Counted from the first letter of the stretch, positions 41,447 to 50,085 are shown. The stretch is 64,000 nt of DNA from Capsulimonadaceae bacterium (GCA_965215505.1 OZ244065.1:3488001-3552000); one strand, 5' to 3'. Translations and numbers: made by a program. Notes: a model not told the origin generated them from the letters alone.

Positions 41447-41636
41447 GAAGATGGTCTTGCTTTCCAGGCGTGGCGGCGGGCTTCCGGGAGGGTGTAGGCG
41501 GCTTGCTTCCTGATTGTTCCACACTCGGGCACTTCTCACCCATCTCGGTATTCTCCTTGCCCGCTTCCATTGTCGGCAGGAAGCAGGCGTCCCCTCAGCC
41601 CTCCGAAAGACGGTAGACAAAGTTATGCTAAAAGGC

Positions 41637-41665
41637 TTGACATGCGAACAAAACAAGTGTATACT
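41637..41665 (+). promoter_or_regulatory. Consensus sigma70 promoter for the head operon
   Basis: TTGACA-17-TATACT. Confidence 0.8.
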
Positions 41666-41781
41666 ATCTTCACCCCCGGCCCGTGGCGGTCCTCCAAGCC
41701 TTCCAGGCCACGGGACGGGGATTCCGATGCCGGTAATTCTGACTTTTTGCTATTCTGGAAAATGGAGAGAGGACAACGCTG

Positions 41782-42195
41782 ATGACCGCACTTTCCGCTT
41801 CCTATGACGCCCGCCGCAAGGACGGCGCGCTGGTCTCGTGCCCCGTGGGCGCGGGTGTCCACGTCTTCAAGAGCGCCCTGCTGGCCGTCGCCGCGACGGG
41901 GCTGATCCAGCCCGCCGGGGACGCGCCCGGCCTGGTCTTTGCGGGCGTCGCCTACGAGGAGAGCGACAACACGGGCGGCGCGGCCGGCGCGAAGTCCGTG
42001 CGCGTGCTGAAGACCGGCGTCTTCACGCTGGCGAAGGCCGGGGCCGCCCAGACGGACGTCGGCAGGCCCGCGTTCGTCCTGGACGACGCCACCGTGTCCA
42101 CGGCGGCCACCGCCGACAGCCTGGCCTGCGGCATCGTGGTCGGCACCGAAGGCGGCGCGCATGTGCAGGTGCGGATAGACAGCAAGGCGGGGTGA
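41782..42195 (+). CDS. Phage capsid cement/decoration protein
   Basis: LVFAGVA.E..DNTGG.AG...V.V...GVF pattern; head-module context. Confidence 0.75.
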   Translation: MTALSASYDARRKDGALVSCPVGAGVHVFKSALLAVAATGLIQPAGDAPGLVFAGVAYEESDNTGGAAGAKSVRVLKTGVFTLAKAGAAQTDVGRPAFVLDDATVSTAATADSLACGIVVGTEGGAHVQVRIDSKAG

Positions 42196-42209
42196 GGCCG
42201 CTCGCGTCC

Positions 42210-42389
42210 GATCCTCTCCCGCCGCGCGGGCGCGGCACCCTCCCCTCGGAGGGAAGGGGTTTTAGAGTAGGAAAATCCCCTCGCCGCTTGACCAGAGGCA
42301 GGGCCTTCCTCAACGATCTTAAGGCCCTCTTGTCGGAAAACCCTTCCCTCCGAGGGGAGGGTGCCGCGCTCGCGCGGCGGGAGAGGATC
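42210..42389. repeat. Family D element, copy 2
   Basis: Intergenic; ends just before the AAAGGA RBS. Confidence 0.9.
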
Positions 42390-42415
42390 AGAAAGGATCA
42401 GAAAGGAAACCGAAC

Positions 42416-43465
42416 ATGACCGACGACAACGCTGAATCCGACACGACCGGAACTGAGGCCGCCATCACTCTGGAAGCGCCCGCCGCGCTCGCCTTTTCTG
42501 AGGCAACCGCGGGCGGCGAAAGCGCGGAGGAGCGCCGCTCCGAGCGGGTGGCGCGGCTGCTGGAGGCGGGCGACTACCCGGACAAAGGGCTTAAGCTGAC
42601 CGAGGCCGACCTGGACGGGATCGTCGCGCGGTTCGCCGCCGACTCGCCCGGTGTCCCCGTCAAGGTGGAGCATGTGGACTCGCCCCTGGACCCGCTGGGG
42701 CACGTCAAGCGCGTCTGGCGGGAGGGCGCGGCCCTCTTCGGGACTCTGGCCTTCCCCGCCGACCTCGCCGCCTTCCTGCGGCGGCGCGGGGCGGCGAAGC
42801 TCTCCGTCGGGCTTCAGCGGACGCCGCTGGCCCTGCGGGAAGTCTCGCTGGTGCTGCACCCGCGCGTCGCAGGGGCCGTGCTGATGGGGACTACCCCCAC
42901 CCCCCGCCCCTCCCTTCACCCCGCTACGGAGGCCCTGCGACTAGGGGCCGCAAGCGGGAGAGGGGAGTCAGAGAAGGCCGATGACTCGGAAGTGTCCGAT
43001 CTTGCTTCGTCCGGCCCCTCTCCTTCATGCCCCCCTCTCCCGCTTGCGGGGGAGGGGCGGGGGGTGGGGGCATCGGACCCCGAGATCGTCCGCCTCCGGG
43101 CCGAAGTGGCGCGGCGAGACGTGGACGCGCAAATCGCCGCGTTCAAAGCGCAGGGGCGGCTCGTGCCCGCCGGGGAGGCGGACGCCCGCGCCCTGCTGGC
43201 CTTGGGTGGGGAGGCGTCCGTGACGCTCTCCGCCGCCCCGGAGCCGGTCGCGCGTGTCTTCCGCAGGTTCCTGGAAGCGCAGCCGCCCGTGGTGTCTTTC
43301 GGGGAGGCGGCGGCGACCGAATGGCGGGCGGCACACGGGTTCACACACGACGAACATACGTTCCTATCAAAGCGGCTGGGCGTGGACCCCGCCCGTGTCG
43401 CCGCCCTGCTCCGCGCGGAGCAGGAGGACAAGGACGGAAAGAACGGAGAGGGCGATGCACATTGA
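42416..43465 (+). CDS. Mu-like prohead protease/scaffold with an in-frame family E insertion
   Basis: G.YP.K, PVKVEH, LGHV, LSVG, VSLV.HPRV motifs followed by a helical scaffold region. Confidence 0.75.
   Translation: MTDDNAESDTTGTEAAITLEAPAALAFSEATAGGESAEERRSERVARLLEAGDYPDKGLKLTEADLDGIVARFAADSPGVPVKVEHVDSPLDPLGHVKRVWREGAALFGTLAFPADLAAFLRRRGAAKLSVGLQRTPLALREVSLVLHPRVAGAVLMGTTPTPRPSLHPATEALRLGAASGRGESEKADDSEVSDLASSGPSPSCPPLPLAGEGRGVGASDPEIVRLRAEVARRDVDAQIAAFKAQGRLVPAGEADARALLALGGEASVTLSAAPEPVARVFRRFLEAQPPVVSFGEAAATEWRAAHGFTHDEHTFLSKRLGVDPARVAALLRAEQEDKDGKNGEGDAH
42893..43070. repeat. Family E element inside the protease gene
   Basis: Arms match 10646-10817. Confidence 0.88.
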
Positions 43466-43646
43466 CCCACAAACGCTGACGCAGACACTGATCCTGGTGG
43501 GCGTCGCCGTCCACCTGCTGGCGGCGGGCGCGAAAGCCTTGTTCCACACGCCCAAGCGTCAGGCGCAGATAGACGCCATCGAGCGCAAGGTGGACGAGGT
43601 CTTGGGCCAGGTGAAGACCGCCGCCCAACCGACCGCAACGAACTGA
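43455..43646 (+). CDS. Small single-TM protein, holin-like
   Basis: 63 aa; TM followed by a charged helical tail; GGAG RBS. Confidence 0.55.
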   Translation: MHIDPQTLTQTLILVGVAVHLLAAGAKALFHTPKRQAQIDAIERKVDEVLGQVKTAAQPTATN

Positions 43647-43675
43647 CCGGACACGACACAAAAGGACACAGACCA

Positions 43676-44572
43676 ATGACACTGGTGAAATCAGACATCC
43701 CCGAGCTGCTGACGGCCGGGCTGAAGACGGCCTTCTTCCAGACCTTCGGCGAGTCCCCGGCGCAGTGGGACAAGGTGGCGACGACCATCCCGTCCGAGCG
43801 GGACACCGAGCAGTATGCGTGGCTTGGCGCGCTGCCCGGAATGCGCGAGTTCCGCGACGAGCGGCAGCCGGGCGACCCCAAGCCTTACGCCTACGCCATC
43901 CAGAACAAGACGTGGGAGAGCACCCTCTCGGTGGACCGGGCGGCTTTGGAGGACGACCAGTACGGGCAGATCGCGCTGCGAATCCGGCAGATGGCGCGCG
44001 TCGCCAAGTCCCACCTCGACTCCATCGTCTTCGGCCTGCTGGGGACCGGGTTTAGCGCGCCCGGCTACGACGGCGTGCCGTTCTTCGGGACGCACAACCA
44101 GGGGGCGACGCTCTCCAACAAGGGGACGGACCCCCTGAGCGCGGTCGCCCTGCAAAGCGCGATCACGGCGATGATGCGCTTCACCGACGACCAGGGCCGC
44201 CCGGCGGGGACCACGCCGAACGTCCTGGTCGTGCCGCCCGAGCTGTACTGGGAGGCGACCGTCCTGCTGACGTCCGCCCTGTTCCCGGACGCGGTGACGA
44301 CGGCCGCCCAGGAGCTTGCCGCGAACCCGCTGCGCGGGATGCTGACGCTGCTCGCGACCCCGTACCTGTCGTCGCCCACGGACTGGTTCCTGCTGGACAC
44401 CTCGCGGGTCATCCGCGCCGTCGTCTTGCAGATGCGGAAGGAGTTCGAGTTCGGGTCGCTGGAGGGCAGCTCGGAGAACGGCTTCCTGCGCGACCAGTTC
44501 CTGTACGGGGTGCGGGCAAGGTACAACGCGGGCTTCGGCGACTGGCGCGCGGCCTTCGGGGCGCAGGTGTGA
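43676..44572 (+). CDS. Mu-like major capsid protein (gpT family)
   Basis: EQYAWLG.LP.MREF, IQNKTWESTL.V.R..LEDDQYG, LVVPPEL, YGVRARYNAGFG.W. Confidence 0.92.
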   Translation: MTLVKSDIPELLTAGLKTAFFQTFGESPAQWDKVATTIPSERDTEQYAWLGALPGMREFRDERQPGDPKPYAYAIQNKTWESTLSVDRAALEDDQYGQIALRIRQMARVAKSHLDSIVFGLLGTGFSAPGYDGVPFFGTHNQGATLSNKGTDPLSAVALQSAITAMMRFTDDQGRPAGTTPNVLVVPPELYWEATVLLTSALFPDAVTTAAQELAANPLRGMLTLLATPYLSSPTDWFLLDTSRVIRAVVLQMRKEFEFGSLEGSSENGFLRDQFLYGVRARYNAGFGDWRAAFGAQV

Positions 44573-44726
44573 TCCTCCCCCGTCGCGCGAGCGCGCCACC
44601 CTCCCCTCGGAGGGAAGGGGGCTTCCAGGAGGACGCGCGCTGCTGCGTCTTCTTTCCGCTTCCCCTCCTGTCCGGAACCCTTCCCTCCGAGGGGAGGGTG
44701 GCGCGCTCGCGCGACGGGAGAGGATC
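44571..44726. repeat. Family D element, copy 3
   Basis: Starts within the capsid stop codon and ends at the next RBS. Confidence 0.88.
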
Positions 44727-44743
44727 AGAAAGGAACCCGCATC

Positions 44744-45310
44744 ATGTCCCTATTACCTCTCACCCACGCCGACCTCAAGCGCCTGTGCGCCATCGAGGCC
44801 GCCGACACCTCCCAGGACGCCGACCTGGACGGCCTTTTGGCCGCCCAGCAGCCGGCCCTGGAATACGCGCTAGACCCGGCCATCCTCCGGGCGGCATCCT
44901 CGACCGACGCCGACCTGGGCCTGCGCGCGACGCTCGTGCTGGGCATGGCCGAGAGCCTGGCGGGCGAGTGGCTGCGGGCGCAGGCCCGCGCGCCCGGCGC
45001 GGGGGACGACTTCCGCCTCGGCCCCCTGTCCGTCAGCGCCTCCCGGACCGACGGACCCGCGCCGATGGGCGACCGGCTGGCCGCGCAGGGCGGCAGGCGG
45101 CTCGCGCCGTTCGGGCGCGCGCCGAAAAGTGTCGGAACGGACGCCATCGGCAGCATCCCCGGCGGGACGCCCGACGGCTCCTCCCGCGCGCCGCTTCTGG
45201 CGCAGACGACGCTCGCCCGAACGACGCCCGCCCCGTCGGGCCGGGGGGCCGCCGGCGTCGGGTGGGCCGGGTGGGACGACGAGGGGAACATCGAGGAGGA
45301 CGACCGATGA
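44744..45310 (+). CDS. Putative head-tail connector/head completion protein
   Basis: T.ADLKRL.AI.....D..L..LL N-terminus; lies directly after the capsid gene. Confidence 0.6.
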   Translation: MSLLPLTHADLKRLCAIEAADTSQDADLDGLLAAQQPALEYALDPAILRAASSTDADLGLRATLVLGMAESLAGEWLRAQARAPGAGDDFRLGPLSVSASRTDGPAPMGDRLAAQGGRRLAPFGRAPKSVGTDAIGSIPGGTPDGSSRAPLLAQTTLARTTPAPSGRGAAGVGWAGWDDEGNIEEDDR

Positions 45311-45648
45311 GCCTGATGATCCCCGCCGACGCCGCCCGCGCCCGGCGCGTCTCCGCCCTGTTCGCCGGGTCGGGCGAGGACTTCATCCTGATCCGGTCGG
45401 GCCAGAACCGGCCCCACCGGGGCCTGTTCGCGCCGATGGACGGCCAGACGGCCGGGACCTACTTCGACGCCAACGAGTCGGTGGGCCTGCTGCGGCCCGC
45501 GCTGTCCTTGTACGGCGACGGCGCTTCCTCCGACCCGCCCGTGGCGGGCGACGTGTTCTTCCGCGACGGCCGCCTGTGGACCGTCCGCAAGACGCAGTCC
45601 TTCCGCCTGGGCGACACGCCGCTCCTGACCCTGGCGCTGTGCGATTAG
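45307..45648 (+). CDS. Putative head-closure protein
   Basis: ATGA-coupled; small beta-rich protein with P..GD....DG..W.V motif. Confidence 0.55.
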   Translation: MSLMIPADAARARRVSALFAGSGEDFILIRSGQNRPHRGLFAPMDGQTAGTYFDANESVGLLRPALSLYGDGASSDPPVAGDVFFRDGRLWTVRKTQSFRLGDTPLLTLALCD

Positions 45649-45683
45649 ACGAGACGCCAAGACGATTAGAAAGGACCCAGACC

Positions 45684-46238
45684 ATGACCACCCTGACCGC
45701 CGGCCGTATTTCCGCCGACCCCGTTTCCAGCCATTCCGCCGACCGCTGCGCCCTGCTGGCCCCGACGGAGGGCTATCCCTGGCACTCGCTGCCGCTGGAC
45801 CCCGAACGGCTTTCGCGCTACCTCGGGACCTGCCTCGCCCACGGCGTCGGCTACGAACTCGGCGCGAAAGCCTCCGACCTGGAAGCCATCCCGCCCGACT
45901 ACCACAACATCGACTGCTCCGGCTGGGTCCGGGCCGCCGTCGCGGTCGCGACCGAGGGCCGCGTCACCATGCCCGACGGCTCGGTCGTCCAGAACGACTG
46001 GTGCGCCGCCTCGGGCCTCAAGCGCAGCGACTACGGCGGCTGCCGCCTGCTGGACGGCCTGACGCGCATCGCCTTCATCCGCGCGAACGGCTTCCACCCC
46101 GTCGGCCACGTTTATCTGGCGCGCAACGGAAGGACCCTGGAGTCGTTCGGCGGCCACGGGCCGGGCAGCCGCCCGGTCACGACGCACGTCCTGAGCGCCG
46201 AGACGACCGACGTCTATGTGCTGGCGGTGCGGATGTAA
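45684..46238 (+). CDS. NlpC/P60-like cysteine peptidase (endolysin candidate)
   Basis: Y.LGAK...IDCSGWV...GHVYL Cys/His dyad. Confidence 0.75.
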   Translation: MTTLTAGRISADPVSSHSADRCALLAPTEGYPWHSLPLDPERLSRYLGTCLAHGVGYELGAKASDLEAIPPDYHNIDCSGWVRAAVAVATEGRVTMPDGSVVQNDWCAASGLKRSDYGGCRLLDGLTRIAFIRANGFHPVGHVYLARNGRTLESFGGHGPGSRPVTTHVLSAETTDVYVLAVRM

Positions 46239-46241
46239 GTC

Positions 46242-46449
46242 TCCTCTCCCGTCTCGCAAGCTCGCCACCCTCCCCTCGGAGGGAAGGGGTTTTGGATAAG
46301 CCGGATAAGAGGCGAGGGCTTCCGAGAGTACGCGGGCTGCTGCGTTTTTCTGCTTTCCCTTCTGTCCGGAACCCTTCCCTCTTGTCCAGTTTGTCCGGAA
46401 CCCTTCCCTCCGAGGGGAGGGTGGCGAGCTTGCGAGACGGGAGAGGATC
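46242..46449. repeat. Family D element, copy 4
   Basis: Lies between the hydrolase stop and the portal RBS. Confidence 0.88.
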
Positions 46450-46464
46450 AAAAGGAAACCCACC

Positions 46465-47691
46465 ATGAACTTTACCCTCCCCTCCCTCCCCTTCCTCAAA
46501 CGCCGTCCGTCCCCGGACGGCTCCTCCGCGCCCGCCCCGCCCCTCGGCGAGCTGGCCCCCGTCAGCGGCGCGTCCCTGCTCGGCATGACCGCCTCCCTCG
46601 CCCTGCCCGATGACGGCCTGCCGGGCGGGTACGCGGTCTACCGGAGGATGCAGAACGACCCGCAGGTCAAGGCGTGCCTGAACACCAAGAAGTTCGCCGT
46701 TCTGTCTCAGGGCTGGACCCTCCACGCCGCCTCCGAGTCGCCCGAAGACCTCGCCGTCGCCGACTTCCTCCGGGACACCCTGACGGCAGTGCGCGGGGGC
46801 CTGCTGGACGCATTGCACGACGTTTTAGACGCCCTGGCCCTGGGCGTCTCACTCGTCGAGATCGTCTACCGGATGAACGAAAGCGGCCCCTACGCCGGCC
46901 TGGTCGGTCTCCTCGCGCTCAAGGCCAAGGACCCCGACGGCTTCACCTTTGAAACGGACGACTTCGGCAACGTCACCGCCCTGCGCGGCCCCTTCGGGGT
47001 ATCTTATCCGTCCGACAAGTTCCTGCGCTATAGCCACATGCCCCGCTACGAGAACCCTCTCGGCCAGAGCGACCTGCGGGCCGCCTACAAGCCCTGGCTC
47101 GCCAAGCAGCAGCTTTTGCGCTGGTGGACCAAATATTTAGAGAAGTTCGGGATGCCCACCGTCACCGGCTCCTACGACGCCGAGCGCGGCTACGGCGTGG
47201 ACCAGCAGCGGGAGCTGCTGGCCCTGGTCGCGCAGGTGCATAACGAGAGCGCCATCGTCCTGCCCTCGGACATGCATTTGGGCCTACTGGAGACCGCGCG
47301 GGCCGCCCCGGCGGGCTTTTTGGAGGCGGTGGAGTACCAGGACCGGGCCATCGCCAAGAGCATCTTAGGCCAGACCCTCACCACCGACGGCAGCGCGTCC
47401 GGCGCGACCTTCGCCCTGGGCAGCGTCCACCAGGACATCCTGCTGTTCTACCTGCACAAGATCCAGCGCGATTTGGAGGAGACCGTGATCGGCGCGCAGC
47501 TCCTCGCCCCGCTGGTCCGCTATAACTTCGGCCCCAACGTCCCCTGCCCCCGGTTCACGTTAGGCACATTGGACGACGGCCGACTGGCGACGGCGGGCCG
47601 CCTGATCGCCGACCTCGTGGCCGGCAAGGTCATCGCCCCCGACGAGCCGTGGATACGCGCGTATCTGGGCCTGCCCGCGCCGGGCGAATGA
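46465..47691 (+). CDS. Mu gp29-like portal protein (DUF935)
   Basis: M..DPQVKACL..KK, W..YLEKFG.P, IAKSILGQTLT, ALG.VH, PLV.YNFG. Confidence 0.9.
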   Translation: MNFTLPSLPFLKRRPSPDGSSAPAPPLGELAPVSGASLLGMTASLALPDDGLPGGYAVYRRMQNDPQVKACLNTKKFAVLSQGWTLHAASESPEDLAVADFLRDTLTAVRGGLLDALHDVLDALALGVSLVEIVYRMNESGPYAGLVGLLALKAKDPDGFTFETDDFGNVTALRGPFGVSYPSDKFLRYSHMPRYENPLGQSDLRAAYKPWLAKQQLLRWWTKYLEKFGMPTVTGSYDAERGYGVDQQRELLALVAQVHNESAIVLPSDMHLGLLETARAAPAGFLEAVEYQDRAIAKSILGQTLTTDGSASGATFALGSVHQDILLFYLHKIQRDLEETVIGAQLLAPLVRYNFGPNVPCPRFTLGTLDDGRLATAGRLIADLVAGKVIAPDEPWIRAYLGLPAPGE

Positions 47692-47769
47692 CCCTCCTGA
47701 CCGCTTCCCCTGGCTCCGCGTAGGGGCGAACCTCGTGTTCGCCCTTCTTTTTCTTGTACTCGGTCGCTT

Positions 47770-47784
47770 TGGCACGGTTTATGC
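47770..47784 (+). promoter_or_regulatory. Sigma54 promoter
   Basis: TGGCACGGTTTATGC = GG-N10-GC. Confidence 0.8.
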
Positions 47785-47890
47785 ACAGGTATTCTTTACG
47801 GCCTCTCCCACGCCCCAGGCACTCATGCCACCCCCCGCCGCGCCCCCACCCGGCGCGCGCCGCCCCCCGAATCCGAAAAGGATCAGCGCC

Positions 47891-48472
47891 ATGCACTTCT
47901 CCTCCCGCCGCCCCGGCGGCCTCGCCGCTCCCGCCGCACTGGGCCTCGCCGCCCTCGCCCCTACCATGGCCCACGCCCAGAGCCTCAACGGGCAGCCCGT
48001 TCAGGTGACGGAACGCCAACCCAACACGGGCAGCGTTGTCTTGGACGCAGGCACCCAGACCGTCACGTCCGCAGGCGTCTCATTCACGACCGCTGTCGGA
48101 TTCACGACCGTCACTCCGAGCCAGATCGTCTTCACCTTTAATCCTAACTTCAATGGTTTCGGCCCGGCTTCCTTCAACGGCTTCCGCATCGCCGAGACGG
48201 GCAGCTCGCCCGTCGCCATCACGAGCGTGACGCTGGACCCCAGCAGCAACATCTCCGGCTTCGACGCCAGCCGGATCAGCTTCGACGCCACGGACGTGTA
48301 CGCCAACTTCCAGGGCCTCACTAACGTTTTCATCGTCGGCAGCAAGGTGACGCTCGACCTGAACCCCGCGCCCACCGCCGTGCCGGAACCCTCCCCGGCC
48401 CTGACCTTCGCCGTGGCGGCCCTGGGCCTGGGCGGGCTGATGATCGCGGCGCGGAAGAAGCGGACGGCGTGA
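47891..48472 (+). CDS. PEP-CTERM surface protein
   Basis: Signal AHA-Q; VPEPS + TM + RKKR. Confidence 0.9.
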   Translation: MHFSSRRPGGLAAPAALGLAALAPTMAHAQSLNGQPVQVTERQPNTGSVVLDAGTQTVTSAGVSFTTAVGFTTVTPSQIVFTFNPNFNGFGPASFNGFRIAETGSSPVAITSVTLDPSSNISGFDASRISFDATDVYANFQGLTNVFIVGSKVTLDLNPAPTAVPEPSPALTFAVAALGLGGLMIAARKKRTA

Positions 48473-48487
48473 GTCCCAGCGGAGAGG

Positions 48488-48716
48488 CCCGGCCCTGAAG
48501 GGCCGGGCTACTGGTGAATGGAAGTGTCTCCGACACTGAGGACGGGATCAGGACAGGAGGGCGAACACCAGGGGGGCGCGGCAAGAGAAGAGGGTACGGC
48601 AATCAGCGCCCCTACCATAAGCCATCCCCGATCTGTCTTCCTCTGTCTTTCTCTCTTCCTCTCTTCAACCGCGGAGCGGTTTTCACTCAAGAGTAGCCCG
48701 GCCATTCATGGCCGGG
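48488..48716. repeat. Hybrid B/C doublet with a nested GTAG REP
   Basis: Left arm CCCGGCCCTGAAGGGCCGGGCTAC; right arm GTAGCCCGGCCATTCATGGCCGGG. Confidence 0.8.
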
Positions 48717-48798
48717 GGGCCCCTCTGCTCCGCATCGGGTGTATTGCCTACAGACTCGATACCCGATGCGTGACGCCCGACGCAGGAGAGGCCGCCCT

Positions 48799-49143
48799 AT
48801 GACCACCGTGACCCTTGACGACGCGCTCCAGGCCCGCATCCGGGCCGTCGCCGCCCCGGAAGAAGACCTTCAGACGTTCATCGCCGCCGCCCAGGACCTC
48901 ATCGCCCGCCGCGAGCGCCGGGCCGCAGCGTGGGCCGCCGCCCGCACCGAAGCGCAGGCCATCCTGAACGGCCCGACCAGGCCGCACGACCCCGAGGCGA
49001 CCTACCGCAAATATCAGGAGAAGTACGGCTGGGCCGACCTGCCTGACGGCCCGCCCGAACAGTTGGAGGCGGAGGCGGAGGCGATCCTGGCCGCGCTGCC
49101 GCCGGAGAAGATCGCGGCGATGGAGCGGAAAGGCTTATTGTGA
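48799..49143 (+). CDS. Putative RHH-type antitoxin
   Basis: MTTVTLDDAL..RI N-terminus; AGGAG RBS; upstream of a toxin-like remnant. Confidence 0.55.
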   Translation: MTTVTLDDALQARIRAVAAPEEDLQTFIAAAQDLIARRERRAAAWAAARTEAQAILNGPTRPHDPEATYRKYQEKYGWADLPDGPPEQLEAEAEAILAALPPEKIAAMERKGLL

Positions 49144-49200
49144 GGCGGCCCGACCCGGCCCCGCCCGAGGACCCGCCGCGCCGTCCTGGCCGGGCTGGGA

Positions 49201-49346
49201 CGAGTGATTGAAATCACTCGCTGACGCCGGATTTGTCCAAGGGACAAGGGATTGGAATGACGCCTACGGCCCGCCCTGCCCCCGTCCTGTCTCCTTCTTC
49301 TGTCCCCTGGACAGGTCCTCGCGCAGCGAGTGATTTCAATCACTCG
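49201..49346. repeat. Family A REP doublet, copy 6
   Basis: Same arms as the other family A copies. Confidence 0.9.
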
Positions 49347-49545
49347 TCCGGCTCGTCCGGCTCCCGTCCTGCTCTGTTACGGCCCGACCAACAAGCGCAC
49401 CGGGACGCCCGTCTGCATCCTGTACACCGTCCTGCCGCCCGCCCCCGACGAGCCGCCCGAAACCGCCGAGTCGGTGGTCGTCCTGCTGCGCCTGCTCCAC
49501 GGCGCGCAGGCACTGCTCCCGGACGAGGCCGAGGATACCCCATGA
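49347..49545 (+). pseudogene. RelE/ParE-like toxin C-terminal remnant
   Basis: ILYTV...VVVLLRLLHGAQ; no N-terminus; stop is coupled to the next ATG. Confidence 0.6.
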
Positions 49546-49988
49546 TTCGCAGCGAGGCAGAGTATCAGGAGGCCCGGAAACAGATGGCCGAGGGCCGCGC
49601 CTTCGCGCGCCAACAGCGGGCCGAGCTGGAAGCCAGGGGCTACACCGCCGAACAGGTGGGCCGGGGGTTGGAGGCGACGCTCTCCTTCCAGGCCCAGATC
49701 GCCGAAGACGTGGACTGGTACGAGAGGGCCTGCCGCCGCGAGATCGCGCCGCTCGCCAATCTCGCCCAGGTCGGGCGGCTCTTGATCGCGCTGCGCCTGG
49801 CGAACGGCCTCTCCCAGCGCGCGCTGGCGGCCCGGCTGGGCGTCCCCGAGGCGTCCGTCTCGCGTGACGAGCGCAACGAATACCACGGCATCACGGTGGA
49901 GCGCGCCCAGCGCGTCCTGGAAGCCCTGGGGGAGACGACCACGACGGTCGTTGCGGGCACCCCGGCCCGCGCCCCGGTCGCCGCCTGA
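49542..49988 (+). CDS. XRE-family HTH protein
   Basis: MIRSEAEYQ; LIALRLANGLSQRALAARLGV....VSRDERNEY. Confidence 0.88.
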   Translation: MIRSEAEYQEARKQMAEGRAFARQQRAELEARGYTAEQVGRGLEATLSFQAQIAEDVDWYERACRREIAPLANLAQVGRLLIALRLANGLSQRALAARLGVPEASVSRDERNEYHGITVERAQRVLEALGETTTTVVAGTPARAPVAA

Positions 49989-50070
49989 TCGCCGGCCTCG
50001 CGGCCGGCAAGGTCATCGCCCCTTCTTTATCTTCGCCTTGTTTCCCTCTTTTTTCGCCGACCGGCCCTGT

Positions 50071-50085
50071 TGGCACGGTTCCTGC
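50071..50085 (+). promoter_or_regulatory. Sigma54 promoter
   Basis: TGGCACGGTTCCTGC = GG-N10-GC. Confidence 0.78.

Noticed and set aside
43676-44572. Classical encapsulin
   Set aside because: The motifs are Mu gpT-like, and portal, protease and head-completion genes are present, which encapsulin operons lack.
41782-47691. Complete inducible Mu-like prophage
   Set aside because: No transposase, repressor, terminase or tail genes in the window; host genes flank both sides.
2644-49346. Family A palindromes as CRISPR repeats or integron attC sites
   Set aside because: They are dispersed inverted doublets, not a regular array. There is no integron integrase and no consistent attC core ends.
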